DNA of 63,726 nt, filler included, from Octopus bimaculoides (taxonomy: Eukaryota): the NCBI RefSeq assembly GCF_001194135.2. It is 4 parts of 4 records of this genome, joined end to end, with 100 filler letters (N's around TTAATTAATTAA, not from the genome) between each part and the next. Parts side by side here need not be neighbours in the genome. Positions count along the whole stretch, not along the records: positions 29,378 to 57,603 come from NC_068990.1; positions 57,704 to 61,766 come from NC_068989.1; positions 61,867 to 63,726 come from NW_026323938.1; 1 more part is not named here. One strand, written 5' to 3'. The translations under genes were made by a program, and so were the position numbers. Positions 52,241 through 63,726 of this stretch are shown here, piece by piece. The first letter of the stretch is position 1. The number at the start of each line of letters is the position of its first letter. Below the pieces are notes generated by a model. The model saw only the letters and a list, made by a program, of their open reading frames with translations. It was not told the DNA's origin and made no database searches.

Positions 52241-52800
52241 ATATGGGTAAAATCAAAAATTATCTGCACTTTCGTCATAACATATCCTTATTATTGTCAC
52301 ACTACCTTCTGCACATGCGTGCTTATAGAAGTTCAAGACCGATTGTGCCATTTTTCTTTCTGGCTCTACATATTCACTAGCAATGTGCACAAAAGAAGAA
52401 GAAGAAGAAAGAGCAGAGATTTGATTTCTCAGGTCGGAAAGTGTGTTAGGTGCTGAAATTCATCGGGGGCTTTCAGCTCAATACAAGGACAGTGCACTAC
52501 AGCATAGCAGTGTGTATGAGTGGATCAAGAAGTTTAAAAGTGGCTGGACAAACGTGATGCACAAAGAGAGAGTAGAATGCCTGTCAACCTCCACCAATGA
52601 TGAGAAGATTCAACAAGCCTAAGAAATGGTAATGGTGAACTGGTTCACTGTTTGGATCACTGCTCTTTGTTCTTCTTTGGTGTACACTGCTAGTGGAGCA
52701 GCCATAGTTACACTGTAAAGCCAGAAAGAAAAAAATGGCACAATCAACTATAAGCACACATGCACAGAAGGCAGCGCAACAATAATAAAGATATGTTATG
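52241..52800 (+). mobile_element. Mariner 5' half converted to a foldback
   Basis: AEIHRGLSAQY..VYEWIKKFKSG remnant; 52277-52370 inverted at 52714-52800. Confidence 0.75.
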
Positions 52801-52829
52801 GAGAAAGAGCAGATCATTTTTAACTTCCC

Positions 52830-52870
<41 letters not shown>

Positions 52871-53113
52871 AGGATAAAAACTTTATAAGAATTTATCAAG
52901 TAGTTAGCGTGAAAAAACCTCATAAGGATAAAAAAAACCATCATTTTTCCCCCCATATATATATATAATTTAATTTATATAAGGGCATTACTATACAATA
53001 ATGCCTCACGCTTAGAGGGACTCCATAAGTCAAAATTACCAAAATAAGCACATTTTTACCGATCGCGAGGGAATGCAACTTTTAAAGCTAACCTCCTAAA
53101 AACTTTTAACTTA

Positions 53114-53176
53114 ACGGTAAACCAATGGTTTCATAATTAATGCAGTAAACTGCATCTTTTATTCATCAGTACACGT
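53114..53176 (-). ncRNA. Type I hammerhead motif in the left arm of the inverted repeat
   Basis: Minus strand ACGTGTA-CTGATGA-ATAAAAGATGCAGTTTACTGCATTAATTAT-GAAACCATTGGTTTACCGT. Confidence 0.65.
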
Positions 53177-53638
53177 ATGGTCAAGACACATAAAAATAAA
53201 CAAAAATCAACATACCCTGAGGTATTCAACACAGAACATAGACAATTGTTCATCCTCATATATCCATGAAAGAGGCGGGCTTTTTAAGTTACACTTCAGT
53301 ACAAAAAAACCATCGTTTTTTCCCCATAAATATATATAATTTAATTTATATAAGGGCATTACTATACAATAATTATATATATCTATGGGAAAAGATGATG
53401 GTTTTTTTTTTCCTTATGAGGTTTTTCCATTCTTATAAAGTTTTTATCCTAAAATTATATTATGAATAATTAGAATATATTCAGTGCTGAATATTATTCC
53501 GTAAAAGCACATGTACTGAAGTGTAACTTAAAAAGCCCGCCTCTTTCATGGATATATAAGGATGAACAATCGTCTATGTACTGTGTTGAATACATCAGGG
53601 TATGTTGATTTTTGTTTATTTTTATGTGTCTTGACCAT

Positions 53639-53713
53639 ACGTGTACTGATGAATAAAAGATGCAGTTTACTGTATAGTTTGCTGCATTAACTATGAAACC
53701 ATTGGTTTACCGT
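53639..53713 (+). ncRNA. Type I hammerhead motif in the right arm of an inverted repeat
   Basis: ACGTGTA-CTGATGA-ATA..ATGCAG..CTGCAT..TAT-GAA-ACCATTGGT-T-TACCGT. Confidence 0.65.
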
Positions 53714-56199
53714 TAAGTTAAAAGTTTTTAGGAGGTTAGCTTTGAAAGTTGCATTCCCTTGTGATCGATAAAAATGTGCTTATTTTGGTAGTTTTGACTT
53801 ATGGAGTCCCTCTAAGCGTGAGGCATTATTGTATAGTAATGCCCTTATATAAATTAAATTATATATATAAAAAAATATACACACACACACACACAATGGG
53901 CTTCTTTCAGTTTCCATTTACCAAATTCACTCACAAAGCTTTGGTTGACCTGAAGTTTAGTAGAAGACACTTGCCCAAGGTGCCATGCAGTGGGACTGAA
54001 CCCAGAAACATATGGTTGGGAAGCAAGCTTCTTACCACACACACGCATATATATTACCTGAGAAGAAAATATAAAGTTAAGAATATATTTTCTTTCTCTC
54101 TCTCTCGCACACTTCATTTTCTCAAGCTTTGCTGCATCTCTGTACTGTTTAACACAAATTCTTCTATTGTCTCCTTCAGGTTTTAATCTTTCCTGTCATC
54201 ACTTATACTGCTTTCCTTCTGTCCAACTTATCAACATCTTAACATTTCATGATTATCCATGTCTGTGTATTGTTTACTGAGATTCTTATTACTTTCTTCA
54301 CTTCTTAAAAGCTATCTTCCATTAGACTACTTTGATTTAATTTTATATGTTCAAAGTATATATGTACCTAAATCTGGAGGCAGTTTGGCTCATATGTAAC
54401 TGTACATAGAACCAAAGTAAATTCATCAACCATTACACATACTAGCAGAAAGAGAGGTGGTTTTCTGCAGTTGCTAAATGATATTTACACATTCGATTTC
54501 CAATTAGTGTAATTTTTCTGACATGTTACATCTATTTTTTCTTTGAATCCTTTTTCTGTTTAATAGTACTCACTCACTCAGTAAATTTAGGGCAAATCTA
54601 CAGAAATGTGCCCCACCAAATCTATTTCCTCATGACTTTCTGGAAAATGGATATTTATTAATAAAAATTTCTACAAATATGTTTCAAATGGTGTAAATTA
54701 AGATTATATCATGATTTGTGGTGAAAAACGTTTTAGGGGAAGCATTTCAGATAATTCACACACTTCAGTTTTGTTTCCTCACAGCTTTCAAAAAAATGGG
54801 TACTTTTTAATGAAATATTTTACAAATAACTTTCAAATGGTTTAGATTATGAGTATATAGGAATTTAATGTGGAAAAAACAATGGGTGGGAGGATATTTC
54901 ATGCATCAAAACTTTTCTTCATCCTTTTGATGATTACAATTATGCTGAAAAATTTTGTTTCTTTTGAGACCTATGTGATCCCTATTATCTCCAGTATACT
55001 AAACAATAGCATATGGGACACATACATTTCACTTTTTCTAAAAGAGAGAAATTATGATTGCAATAAAATGATGAAAAAAATATGCATTCAATAATTAGTG
55101 TTAGCATTGTACTCACCATTCTACAAAGATTTCTTTCAGAGAATTTTCGGAAAAGGGTGGAATACTCCTTAAAAGTAATTGTTTTTAACATAATTGTAAT
55201 GAGATTATCAAAATGTGTGAAATATCTCCCCTCCCCATTTTTTGATGAACAGGTACACTTCTGTAGGTTATACCCAACAAATGTATTTAAATTAAAGCCA
55301 GTTTTCTTATTCAGCTTCTATCTCTTCAACAACACCCTTCAAATATAAAAGGATACTAGAATCAACACAATTTGGTTGATGCTATTCTAAAGCTATAACT
55401 TGGAGAAAGAAGCATTGCAAATATTTAGGCAGCTTTTATATTTCCAGAAATATAAAGTGACATTAAAAAATGCTATACTCCAGTAAATTGAAATGTTGCA
55501 TTGAATAAAATGTGTGACTGAAGTGTATTTGAATATTCAATAATAAAAGAACCTTCAAAACCACATTTTGATAAAAAGTATATTAAAACTGGAACTTATA
55601 AAAAATTTTCCAAGTTTAGTCCATAATAATTGTTTTCTTTTAGTAAAAGTTACACATTTGCAATTAGTTAATAAGCAGCTTTCTCCATTATAGTACAGAT
55701 AACATCACACACACACACACACACATATATATAGTGTGTATTGTGTTTCTTTATCAACTAGAGGTCTGCAGCCATACACACAAACACAACACACACACAC
55801 ACACTACATACCAATAAACATGAATCTCATTTCCAACTTTCTGAAAACACAGGAGCATTGAATATCAAAATCTGAAAAGTAATAAAACCTGTGACTGACA
55901 CATTTTATGAAGCTCAAGAAAATTGATATGCTTTAGAATCTCCAAAAGATTTTGTCTTACTCTAAAATGCTGAACAGCTGAGATATCAGAAGATAAATGA
56001 AAGCATTCAAGAGCAAAATGCAAAATGACAGCTCACTAAGTCTGGACTTGGTGAGCTTTCAAAGGACTGGCCAAGAACTGTGACATTTCTAATATTCAAG
56101 GGATGAAACCTTTTAATTTTTAACTTAGCACATTTTCATTATCATTTAATGTCCATTTTCCATGCAGGCAAATTCTTTACAACTATTTGCAGACACTAT

Positions 56200-56720
56200 A
56201 ATGCATATAGCTGGAAGAATGAGCTCAAAATCAATTTACTGCAGTGATGGAAAAGTTAAGTTACATCCTCAACATTTTTTACGGCCAGCATTCCAAATAG
56301 CTTGATAGTAGACAATATGAAAAGAAGTTCCAAGAAAATGTCCCAAACTACAATAATATTTTTGCTGTTTTCCATTGGATGAAGTTACCCAGTATATAAT
56401 TCAACCATAAAAATTCAAAGGAAGTTATACTATCAAAAGGGATAACTGTTGCCCAATGAAAGTAGTTAAGTACTGCATTTTGCAAATCTATACTTTTATG
56501 ATACAAGTAATGAGCTGGCAAACAGGCTGCACCAAGTGAGTAATCTTGTTCCTAAGGTACTCATCATTACATGTGTACAACACTAACATCAAGAGTTTCA
56601 AGGCAGCTATCAAGATTACTGATGTTCAAAACATAGATGTTGTACTGCATGCAGACAAGTGCATGAAGCCATCTGCTGCTCATTGTAGAATATACAACTT
56701 ACAACCAAAGCCTTCTACAT
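56200..56720 (+). mobile_element. Degenerate Helitron Rep N-terminal fragment
   Basis: YCSDGKVKL, FQENVPNYNNIFA, NSTIKIQRKLY, LYFYDT and VVLHADK..AH.RIYN remnants. Confidence 0.7.
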
Positions 56721-57211
56721 GGCAGTGGTCACATCAAAAACAGCTACTGGAAGCTTTAGCCCCAGTAGCCCCTACTCCTGCATGAGAGATCACGGTGAAA
56801 ACTGACACTGCACAACTATTGTGTGGGTAGTTTTATGTGATACTGTTTAAGTGTTTAGTCAAAGAAGAATACTTAAATTATGATACTTAAAAACAAGAAA
56901 CAAATGGCTTACATTGATAATGCTATGTTCAAGGAAACAGTGAGTCAGAGATCAGATGTAAAGAAGACTCTAACTTTCAAGACTGGGGTTGCGTGTAGAA
57001 AATGTGACAAATGCAAACAAGATGAGCAGATGAGTGCAGAGAACATAGAAAATTCTGTAAATAACTATAGTACAGCTGACATTAGTATGGAACCTAAGTA
57101 TAGTCCAATCCTTCAACCAGCATTCATCACACCCCATCTAAACAATACTCTTATTTATAAAAACAACTGTAAATCAGCCTTTTAGAAATAGCAGCTAAAT
57201 TTCCCTAACAT

Positions 57212-57603
57212 CATGCCATACCATCTTTCATTAGGAAAGGACACACTGAACAATATAGTTCTAGTGAGACAGTTGCAAGAGAAATACCTAGCTAAGGATA
57301 AACCTCTGTACCTGGCTTTCGTTGACATGGAGAAAGCCTTTGACAGGGTCCCCCGATCCCTTATCTGGTGGTCAATGAGGAAACTTGGGATAGAAGAATG
57401 GTTAGTGAGAGCTGTGCGAGCCATGTACAGAGATGCTGCCAGTAAGGTGAGGGTTGGAAATGAGTACAGCAATGAATTCCGGGTAGAGGTAGGGGTCCAC
57501 CAAGGTTCCGTCCTCAGCCCCCTATTATTTACCATAGTCCTCCAGGCAATCACAGAGGAGTTCAAGACAGGTTGCCCCTGGGAGCTCCTCTATGCTGATG
57601 ACC
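57212..57603 (+). mobile_element. RTE RT fragment, nearly identical to 39690-40105, cut by a join
   Basis: LAFVDMEKAFDRVPR...GVHQGSVLSP...LLYADD. Confidence 0.93.
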
Positions 57604-57703
57604 NNNNNNNNNNNNNNNNNNNNNNNNNNNNNNNNNNNNNNNNNNNNTTAATTAATTAANNNNNNNNNNNNNNNNNNNNNNNNNNNNNNNNNNNNNNNNN
57701 NNN
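57604..57703. other. Artificial 100-bp join spacer
   Basis: 44 N + TTAATTAATTAA + 44 N. Confidence 0.95.
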
Positions 57704-57738
57704 TATACGATTCTGATGATTGCAGTTAAATTACAAAT

Positions 57739-57796
57739 CAGGCTGATGAGGAATAGACAAATGGTAAGAATTTGTTAAATCCGAACCAAGTTCCTG
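57739..57796 (+). ncRNA. Degenerate hammerhead motif
   Basis: CAGG-CTGATGA-GGA...TCC-GAA-CCAAGT-T-CCTG; conserved A15.1 is C. Confidence 0.45.
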
Positions 57797-57961
57797 TTTA
57801 ATAATGCTTTTTTAGGTGATTTTAAATGTCTTGCCCGCTCACGTTTTTGGTATGCTGCTATATTTCATGTTGAGAACAATTTAGGTCTTAATAGACACAA
57901 GATGTGATCTATTTCTAGCGCATTAATTGTCCACGTTAGTGGTCGACGTTATTTTTTAAAA

Positions 57962-57962
57962 T

Positions 57963-58012
<50 letters not shown>
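57962..58012. repeat. (TAGA)n microsatellite
   Basis: Direct reading. Confidence 0.95.
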
Positions 58013-58013
<1 letters not shown>

Positions 58014-58182
58014 TTAAATATATGTTAGTCTAATTGTCTCTCTGTCTCGCTTTTTCTCTTTATTTCTCAGATTCTATCTTTTCTTTTCTGCCTCCATGCA
58101 TCTATATATACCTCAACCTAATTATCTCCCTTTTTCTTTCTTTTTCTCTCCCACTCTCTCCCTCTCTCTCTCTGTCTCTGTC

Positions 58183-58214
<32 letters not shown>

Positions 58215-59239
58215 ACTCACTCACTCATTCTTCCACTCTCTATCTCTCTCTCTCCTTTTCACTCTGTTTCACTCTCTTTTTTCCGTTCATCTTGATATTT
58301 TCTTGCTTTTGTTCCAAAAGTCTACAAAGAGGGGCGTCATTATTCTGGATGTGTAAGAACACACACATGACCATATACGCACGTGCATACACACACACAC
58401 ATGCATACACTTACACACATGCATACACTCACACACATGCATACGCACAGGTGCACGCTCTCTCTCTCTCTCTCTCTTTCTTTTACTCTTGTTTCATACG
58501 CTTCTGATTCTGGACTGCATCCATACTGTCTCATCGCGTTCAAGGGTATTAGTCGATACTATCGACAATACTCATTCCGTCCGCTGAACACACTTACAAA
58601 CACAAAGTATATATATATATATATAGATATATATATAAAGAGACAGAGACAGACAGACACAGACAGAGACGCACAGACAGAGATCACGAAACAACGAGTT
58701 TGGATAAGACAGAGAAAACAAAGAATACACGGTGTCAGAAAATGCGAAACTGAAAAATAAATAGAAGTATACAGCGAAAAAAACAACAATCGAAGAAGTG
58801 CAAGATGAAAATAAAAATTCCACTGGAAGAAGCAAAATAATTTAATGTTTCTGGGAACAATCTTTATCAAATCGAAGGAAAAGTATTAAGAGAAGCAAGG
58901 AAAGAAGAAAATATATACGATATCGAATATAGGACGTCTGCTTATATGTCAGGTCTAGTTTAGTATGATAGTTGGGAAGTAGGATAGTTGAGAAGTAAAA
59001 TTCCTCCATATTTAAGTGAATCTGATTAAAACACTCCTTTCTACATCTTATTTTTATTAACTGATAATCGATAGGTTCAGTTGAAAACAGAATTTGTGCT
59101 ATTAATAGATTCAATAAGTCGGTGAGAAACCAGAAACAGCCTTTCAATGACATCTTTGAGAGATGCTGTTTTCAAATTTTTGTTACCTTGACATCTACAT
59201 TTTCAGTGCTAATTGTTAGCTAAGCGTTATTCCTACTGG

Positions 59240-59658
59240 AGCGAAGTCCTTTGGGGCACAGGGATATGTAACACACTACATAAGTACCAATCTTGAGAAA
59301 TTAGGTTTCTCAAAACCAGAAAGGCAAAAGATGATTCGAAGACTACAGATCCAAACCATCACTGGAACTGTAAAGATGTGCAAAACTTTCCAAAAGTTTA
59401 TCATTTAAGTATATATGAGCATGTCTAGAGATGGAAGTATACGCATGAGAATACATACATAAAACAAACATAGAAATCTGCACATGCACTGACTCAAATA
59501 CTGCATATATACATACATTATGCAAAAATACCCTGTTGATGTGGTTGAAATTCCATTGAAGGAGCCTTGGATCTAGGTAAGAAACCAGCCCCTTCTCTAT
59601 TAGCAACAAATCCTAATAAAACTGAATAATGACATACATACATGTATGCTTCCATACA

Positions 59659-59689
<31 letters not shown>

Positions 59690-60210
59690 CATACATGCAT
59701 GCATACATACATACATGCATACATGCATACTTATATACATATATATATTACAAGTTCAGGTTTATACCTGTAATTATTGGGGCCCTGGAATATGTAACAC
59801 ACTGCCTAAATACCAATCTTGAGAAGTTAGGCTTCTCAAAACCAAGATGGAGAAAGCTAATTCGAAGACTATAGATCCAATCCATCACTGGAACTATAAA
59901 AATGTGTAAAACTTTCCAGAAGTTTATCATTTAAATGTATATGAGTATGTCTAGATATACAACTATATGCATGAGAATACATACATTCAAATCTGCACAC
60001 ACACATATACATACATACATACATACATACATACATACATACATGCATACATACAAACATGCCCTGTTGTTGAAGTTGAAATTCCAATGAGGGAGGCTTG
60101 GGTCTAGGTTAGAAACCGGTTCTTTCTCTATTGGCAAGAAATCTTGAGATAAAACCGAATAATGACATACATACATACGTACGTACATACATACATACAT
60201 ACATACATAC
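59240..60210 (+). mobile_element. Two tandem ~526-bp units, each an R4/Dong-like 3' end plus a short repeat and (CATA)n
   Basis: FIPVIIGALEYVTHCL..LEKLGF..LIRRL; GTAACACACT at 59268 and 59794. Confidence 0.75.
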
Positions 60211-61000
60211 ATACATACATACATACATACAAGGTGGCTGTCAGCGAGTAGACGAGTATGATCATCGCTGACAAATGATCATATCCTAGAAGTTGAAGAC
60301 AATGGCTATCAGCAATGCCTCTGGTGAAATTTAAAGTCAATTAAAGCTTACAGAACATCGCAAAGACTGACTTCCATAGTCAAGTATTAGAGAAACAAGC
60401 AAGTGCAATATCAAGATCTGTGGTTTCGCATTGAGGTAGGTACTATTTCTGAATTTCCTTCTCCTTGGGAGATGTCTAGACAAAGACTCGGGTAAGCTCA
60501 CACCCAAATTTTAGATGATTGTTGATTCTACTGGGTTATTTTTTTGTCCTGCAGATTATCCAATGAAAACCACAGTCCTTCCTTGCCAAGCAGGCTTGCT
60601 AAGGTTGCCGGTTTAGTCACCGACGGACCCACCATGTGACAGGTTGTACTTGGTTACATGTTAGTTACCATAGCATTGAGAGTTACTTGACATAACAGAC
60701 ACACAAACACACACATAATCCCACACGCACTGACGCACACACACATGCAGGAGAGCATGCACACTGAGGCTGACCGAGATTCATATAAGTATAATAAATT
60801 TGTTAGTTATGTAGATAAGAAATGAAGACAACGTGCCAGAGAAAGACATTGTGTAGGCGGTACAAAGAGAGTGTGTGGTGCATGTGTCTGACTGCCTGTC
60901 TATCTATCTGTCCGTGTGTTACCGTGTGTATTTGTATAAATGTATGCTTGTATGTGAGTATGTATATTTATGTGCATGAGTGTTATAGATTTCCAGTCTA

Positions 61001-61045
<45 letters not shown>

Positions 61046-61437
61046 CTGAAATGAATCGAAATGATCGATGATGCACATCGACAAAGGGGAAGGTGAGTCA
61101 GAAGATAAGGAAAGACAATTTAACAGAGGGAGAAAGAAAGAGAGAGAGAGAGAAGGTGCATTAGTCTTTTAGTCAATAAAGTTAGAGAGTGCCACCGGAA
61201 ATCGATGAAGGAGAGGGAAAGTTAGAGGAGGGCGTCGAAGGTCATCAGATAACACTTCATGCATAAAAACACACGCACACAAAATACTGACAATACACAT
61301 ATGTCAACTAATTACCCTACACCCAAATATATATACACACACACGAACACTCACACGAACACACAAACATACATGCCAACTGATATCGTATACTTACTCA
61401 TGTATATATATAAATGGGGAGGTGTATATGTGTGTGC

Positions 61438-61470
<33 letters not shown>

Positions 61471-61766
61471 AACAAATAGTGAATGAGTATATGCATATAT
61501 ACGTACAGGTATGTGCATACCGACACCCACCTGTATGTATAGGTGCATATCTGGGTACAGGACATTGCAAACAAACGTAGACGAGAAAACACACGAGCCA
61601 CATAGAGAACATTCTACTTCATCAGCTACCCACGTTTTAACACCGGCGTTTCGACGAGCTTCGGGCAGGACGCATCGTTAAAACGGCTCATCCCATGGAC
61701 CGCAGATTAAATTTGTGTACGCAAATTAAATCTACCCATGGAGGAATGTAGTGGCGGACAAAAAAC

Positions 61767-61866
61767 NNNNNNNNNNNNNNNNNNNNNNNNNNNNNNNNNN
61801 NNNNNNNNNNTTAATTAATTAANNNNNNNNNNNNNNNNNNNNNNNNNNNNNNNNNNNNNNNNNNNN
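61767..61866. other. Artificial 100-bp join spacer
   Basis: 44 N + TTAATTAATTAA + 44 N. Confidence 0.95.
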
Positions 61867-61989
61867 TCCCCGTAACTTAGTGGTTTGGCAAAAGAGACCG
61901 GTAGAATAAGTACTAGGCTTATAAAGTCGGTCATGAGACTGCGACCATGCTGCAGCACCACATTTAGTCGAAGAAATTGACAACACGAT

Positions 61990-63224
61990 TTATTCTATAT
62001 AAGCATAGTACTTATTCTCCTGGTATGTATTGCATATAGGGATGTAAACGCACCAACATCGGTAGTTAAGTGATCGTGGGGGGTACAAAGACAGACACGG
62101 ACACACAAACATACACACATATATATGCATGTATATAGAAATATAAATATATACATAAATATAAATACACATATATATATACATATATACATATATATAC
62201 ATGGATATATATATGTGCATATATATACATGTATATATACACAAGTATATATATGTATATACAAGTATATATATATATATATATGTGTATATGTATATAT
62301 ATATATATGCATATATATGTATATATTTACATGTATATGTGTATATGCATATAGATACACACACATATATATACATATATTTATACATCTATATATATAC
62401 ATATATTTATACATCTATATATACACATATATATATACAAAAGTATATATATACATATATATACATATATATATGCAACGCATATCTCATATATATATAT
62501 ATATATTTATGCAAATATAAATGTATATATATATATACATGCATATTAATGTATATATACATATACACGTATATATATATTAACACACACACACATATAT
62601 ATATGTATATATATATATATATATATATNNNNNNNNNNNNNNNNNNNNNNNNNNNNNNNNNNNNNNNNNNNNNNNNNNNNNNNNNNNNNNNNNNNNNNNN
62701 NNNNNNNNNNNNNNNNNNNNNNNNNNNNNNNNNNNNNNNNNNNNNNNNNNNNNNNNNNNNNNNNNNNNNNNNNNNNNNNNNNNNNNNNNNNNNNNNNNNN
62801 NNNNNNNNNNNNNNNNNNNNNNNNNNNNNNNNNNNNNNNNNNNNNNNNNNNNNNNNNNNNNNNNNNNNNNNNNNNNNNNNNNNNNNNNNNNNNNNNNNNN
62901 NNNNNNNNNNNNNNNNNNNNNNNNNNNNNNNNNNNNNNNNNNNNNNNNNNNNNNNNNNNNNNNNNNNNNNNNNNNNNNNNNNNNNNNNNNNNNNNNNNNN
63001 NNNNNNNNNNNNNNNNNNNNNNNNNNNNNNNNNNNNNNNNNNNNNNNNNNNNNNNNNNNNNNNNNNNNNNNNNNNNNNNNNNNNNNNNNNNNNNNNNNNN
63101 NNNNNNNNNNNNNNNNNNNNNNNNNNNNNNNNNNNNNNNNNNNNNNNNNNNNNNNNNNNNNNNNNNNNNNNNNNNNNNNNNNNNNNNNNNNNNNNNNNNN
63201 NNNNNNNNNNNNNNNNNNNNNNNN

Positions 63225-63278
<54 letters not shown>

Positions 63279-63330
63279 ATATATATATACTCATATACAT
63301 GAGTATTAACATAAATATAAAAGTAGAAAG
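61990..63330. repeat. Long TA/CA low-complexity tract with a gap; similar tract at 15240-15650
   Basis: Direct reading. Confidence 0.95.
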
Positions 63331-63693
63331 GCAAGGAATCACAAGTAAACTTTATGAGTATACTCCTACATAATGCAAATACGCACATACACACACACAT
63401 ACACACACGCACATACAAGTACGCCCGCGTAGAAACGCATACAGACATGTACGCATCCATCATAAACATACAGTGTATGTTTCTGTCTGCTTTTACATTT
63501 GCGACTTCATCCGAATATTTATACATACTTCTTGGTATTAAGAGTTTAATCCAGCTTACTCCATGTATATGGATATAACAGTATGAATGAACTCTTACAG
63601 AGGAGAGAAATATAAAGTGAATTACAAAATGAAAAGATGTGTGTTTGTACAATATACATACGTGTGTGCGTGTGTGTGTACAATATATATACG

Positions 63694-63726
<33 letters not shown>

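Larger units (their letters stand above)
52862..53868. repeat. Interleaved inverted-repeat complex carrying two hammerheads
   Basis: ~52959-53303 inverted at 53512-53868; 52862-52955 inverted at 53381-53460; 52931-53001 repeated directly at 53303-53372. Confidence 0.9.

Noticed and set aside
59060-59190. Further hammerhead candidates (also ~58490-58550 and ~60420-60480)
   Set aside because: Core boxes are mutated and stems I/II could not be paired convincingly.
60557-60650. Plus-strand exon after a strong T-rich CTGCAG acceptor
   Set aside because: No recognisable product, no clear donor and no partner exons in this 4-kb block.

Overview
AT-rich, gap-riddled, repeat-dense animal genomic DNA; the SINE, RTE and microsatellite landscape looks like a coleoid cephalopod such as Octopus (inference, not searched). 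Three identical artificial spacers (44 N + TTAATTAATTAA + 44 N) split the window into four blocks: 1-29277, 29378-57603, 57704-61766 and 61867-63726. The one securely identifiable gene is adenosine kinase (ADK) on the minus strand. It has eight GT-AG exons with consistent phases between 17136 and 1474 (806 nt); the start exon is unresolved and the last exons are not seen. The rest is mostly mobile DNA: tRNA-type SINEs, RTE and R4/Dong LINEs, Penelope-like remnants, Tc1/mariner, Helitron, and piggyBac-, hAT- and pogo-like MITEs. The best non-obvious signal is a set of hammerhead-ribozyme motifs from about four unrelated sequence families: a minimal dimer-type motif, a disabled sense copy of it in an ADK intron, one with a ~105-nt stem II, and a pair in the two arms of a ~350-bp inverted repeat. 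ADK also carries a duplicated exon-5 acceptor that reads into a stop, and an inverted SINE pair flanking exons 6-8. All ribozyme and splicing calls come from manual reading and are untested. Exon numbers follow vertebrate ADK from memory.
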